Positions 63,996 through 64,000 of a stretch of 64,000 nucleotides of DNA are shown here, piece by piece. Location: the IMG/VR virus record IMGVR_UViG_3300021167_000088, positions 1,699-65,698 of that record; one strand, given 5' to 3'. The stretch comes from a virus. Its lineage: Duplodnaviria > Caudoviricetes. How positions within the stretch are numbered: the first letter of the stretch is position 1; each line of letters begins with the position of its first letter. Below the pieces are notes generated by a model that did no database searches, had not been told where the DNA came from, and saw nothing but the letters and a program-made list of their open reading frames with translations. Position numbers and translations under genes: made by a program.

Positions 63996-64000
63996 TCATG

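Noticed and set aside
63996-64000. Circular closure of the window (ends ...atg, begins tg...)
   Set aside because: A 2-nt match is not evidence; additional tail or ejection genes may lie outside the window.

Overview
The whole window is a tailed dsDNA phage genome (about 58-60% GC by eye), opened inside the virion module; no host genes are visible. The virion gene set (portal, scaffold, N4-gp56-like capsid, tail-hub-like gene, very large ejection-type proteins, no tape measure seen) suggests a podovirus. A minus-strand early/replication arm (about 40.0 to 11.65 kb) encodes an AEP primase-SF3 helicase, family B DNA polymerase, SNF2 helicase, Cas4-like nuclease, resolvase, ATP-dependent ligase, ThyX, dCTP deaminase, an amidoligase plus class II glutamine amidotransferase pair, a pentapeptide-repeat protein, a HIRAN protein and an orphan HicA-like gene. 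A plus-strand late arm (40.4-64 kb, continuing at 1-10.6 kb) encodes terminase, head, lysis, fibre and ejection proteins, including a 2757-aa protein with an HExxH motif. Four HNH homing endonucleases are interspersed. The convergent junction (10.6-11.8 kb) holds iteron-like repeats, a D-arm-less tRNA-His remnant (attP-like), a wrecked tyrosine integrase and an excisionase-like gene, pointing to a formerly temperate phage. Most notable unexplained signals: (1) a motif CTCTGA-N4-CTCT found 13 times by eye, always on the sense strand and nearly always just upstream of a start codon (stoperator/operator-like); (2) a roughly 290-nt highly base-paired intergenic RNA candidate at 22.2-22.5 kb; (3) two broken tRNAs; (4) a tandem covarying hairpin module in the capsid leader; (5) twin ori-like repeat clusters. 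Family names come from motif recognition only; no searches were run.
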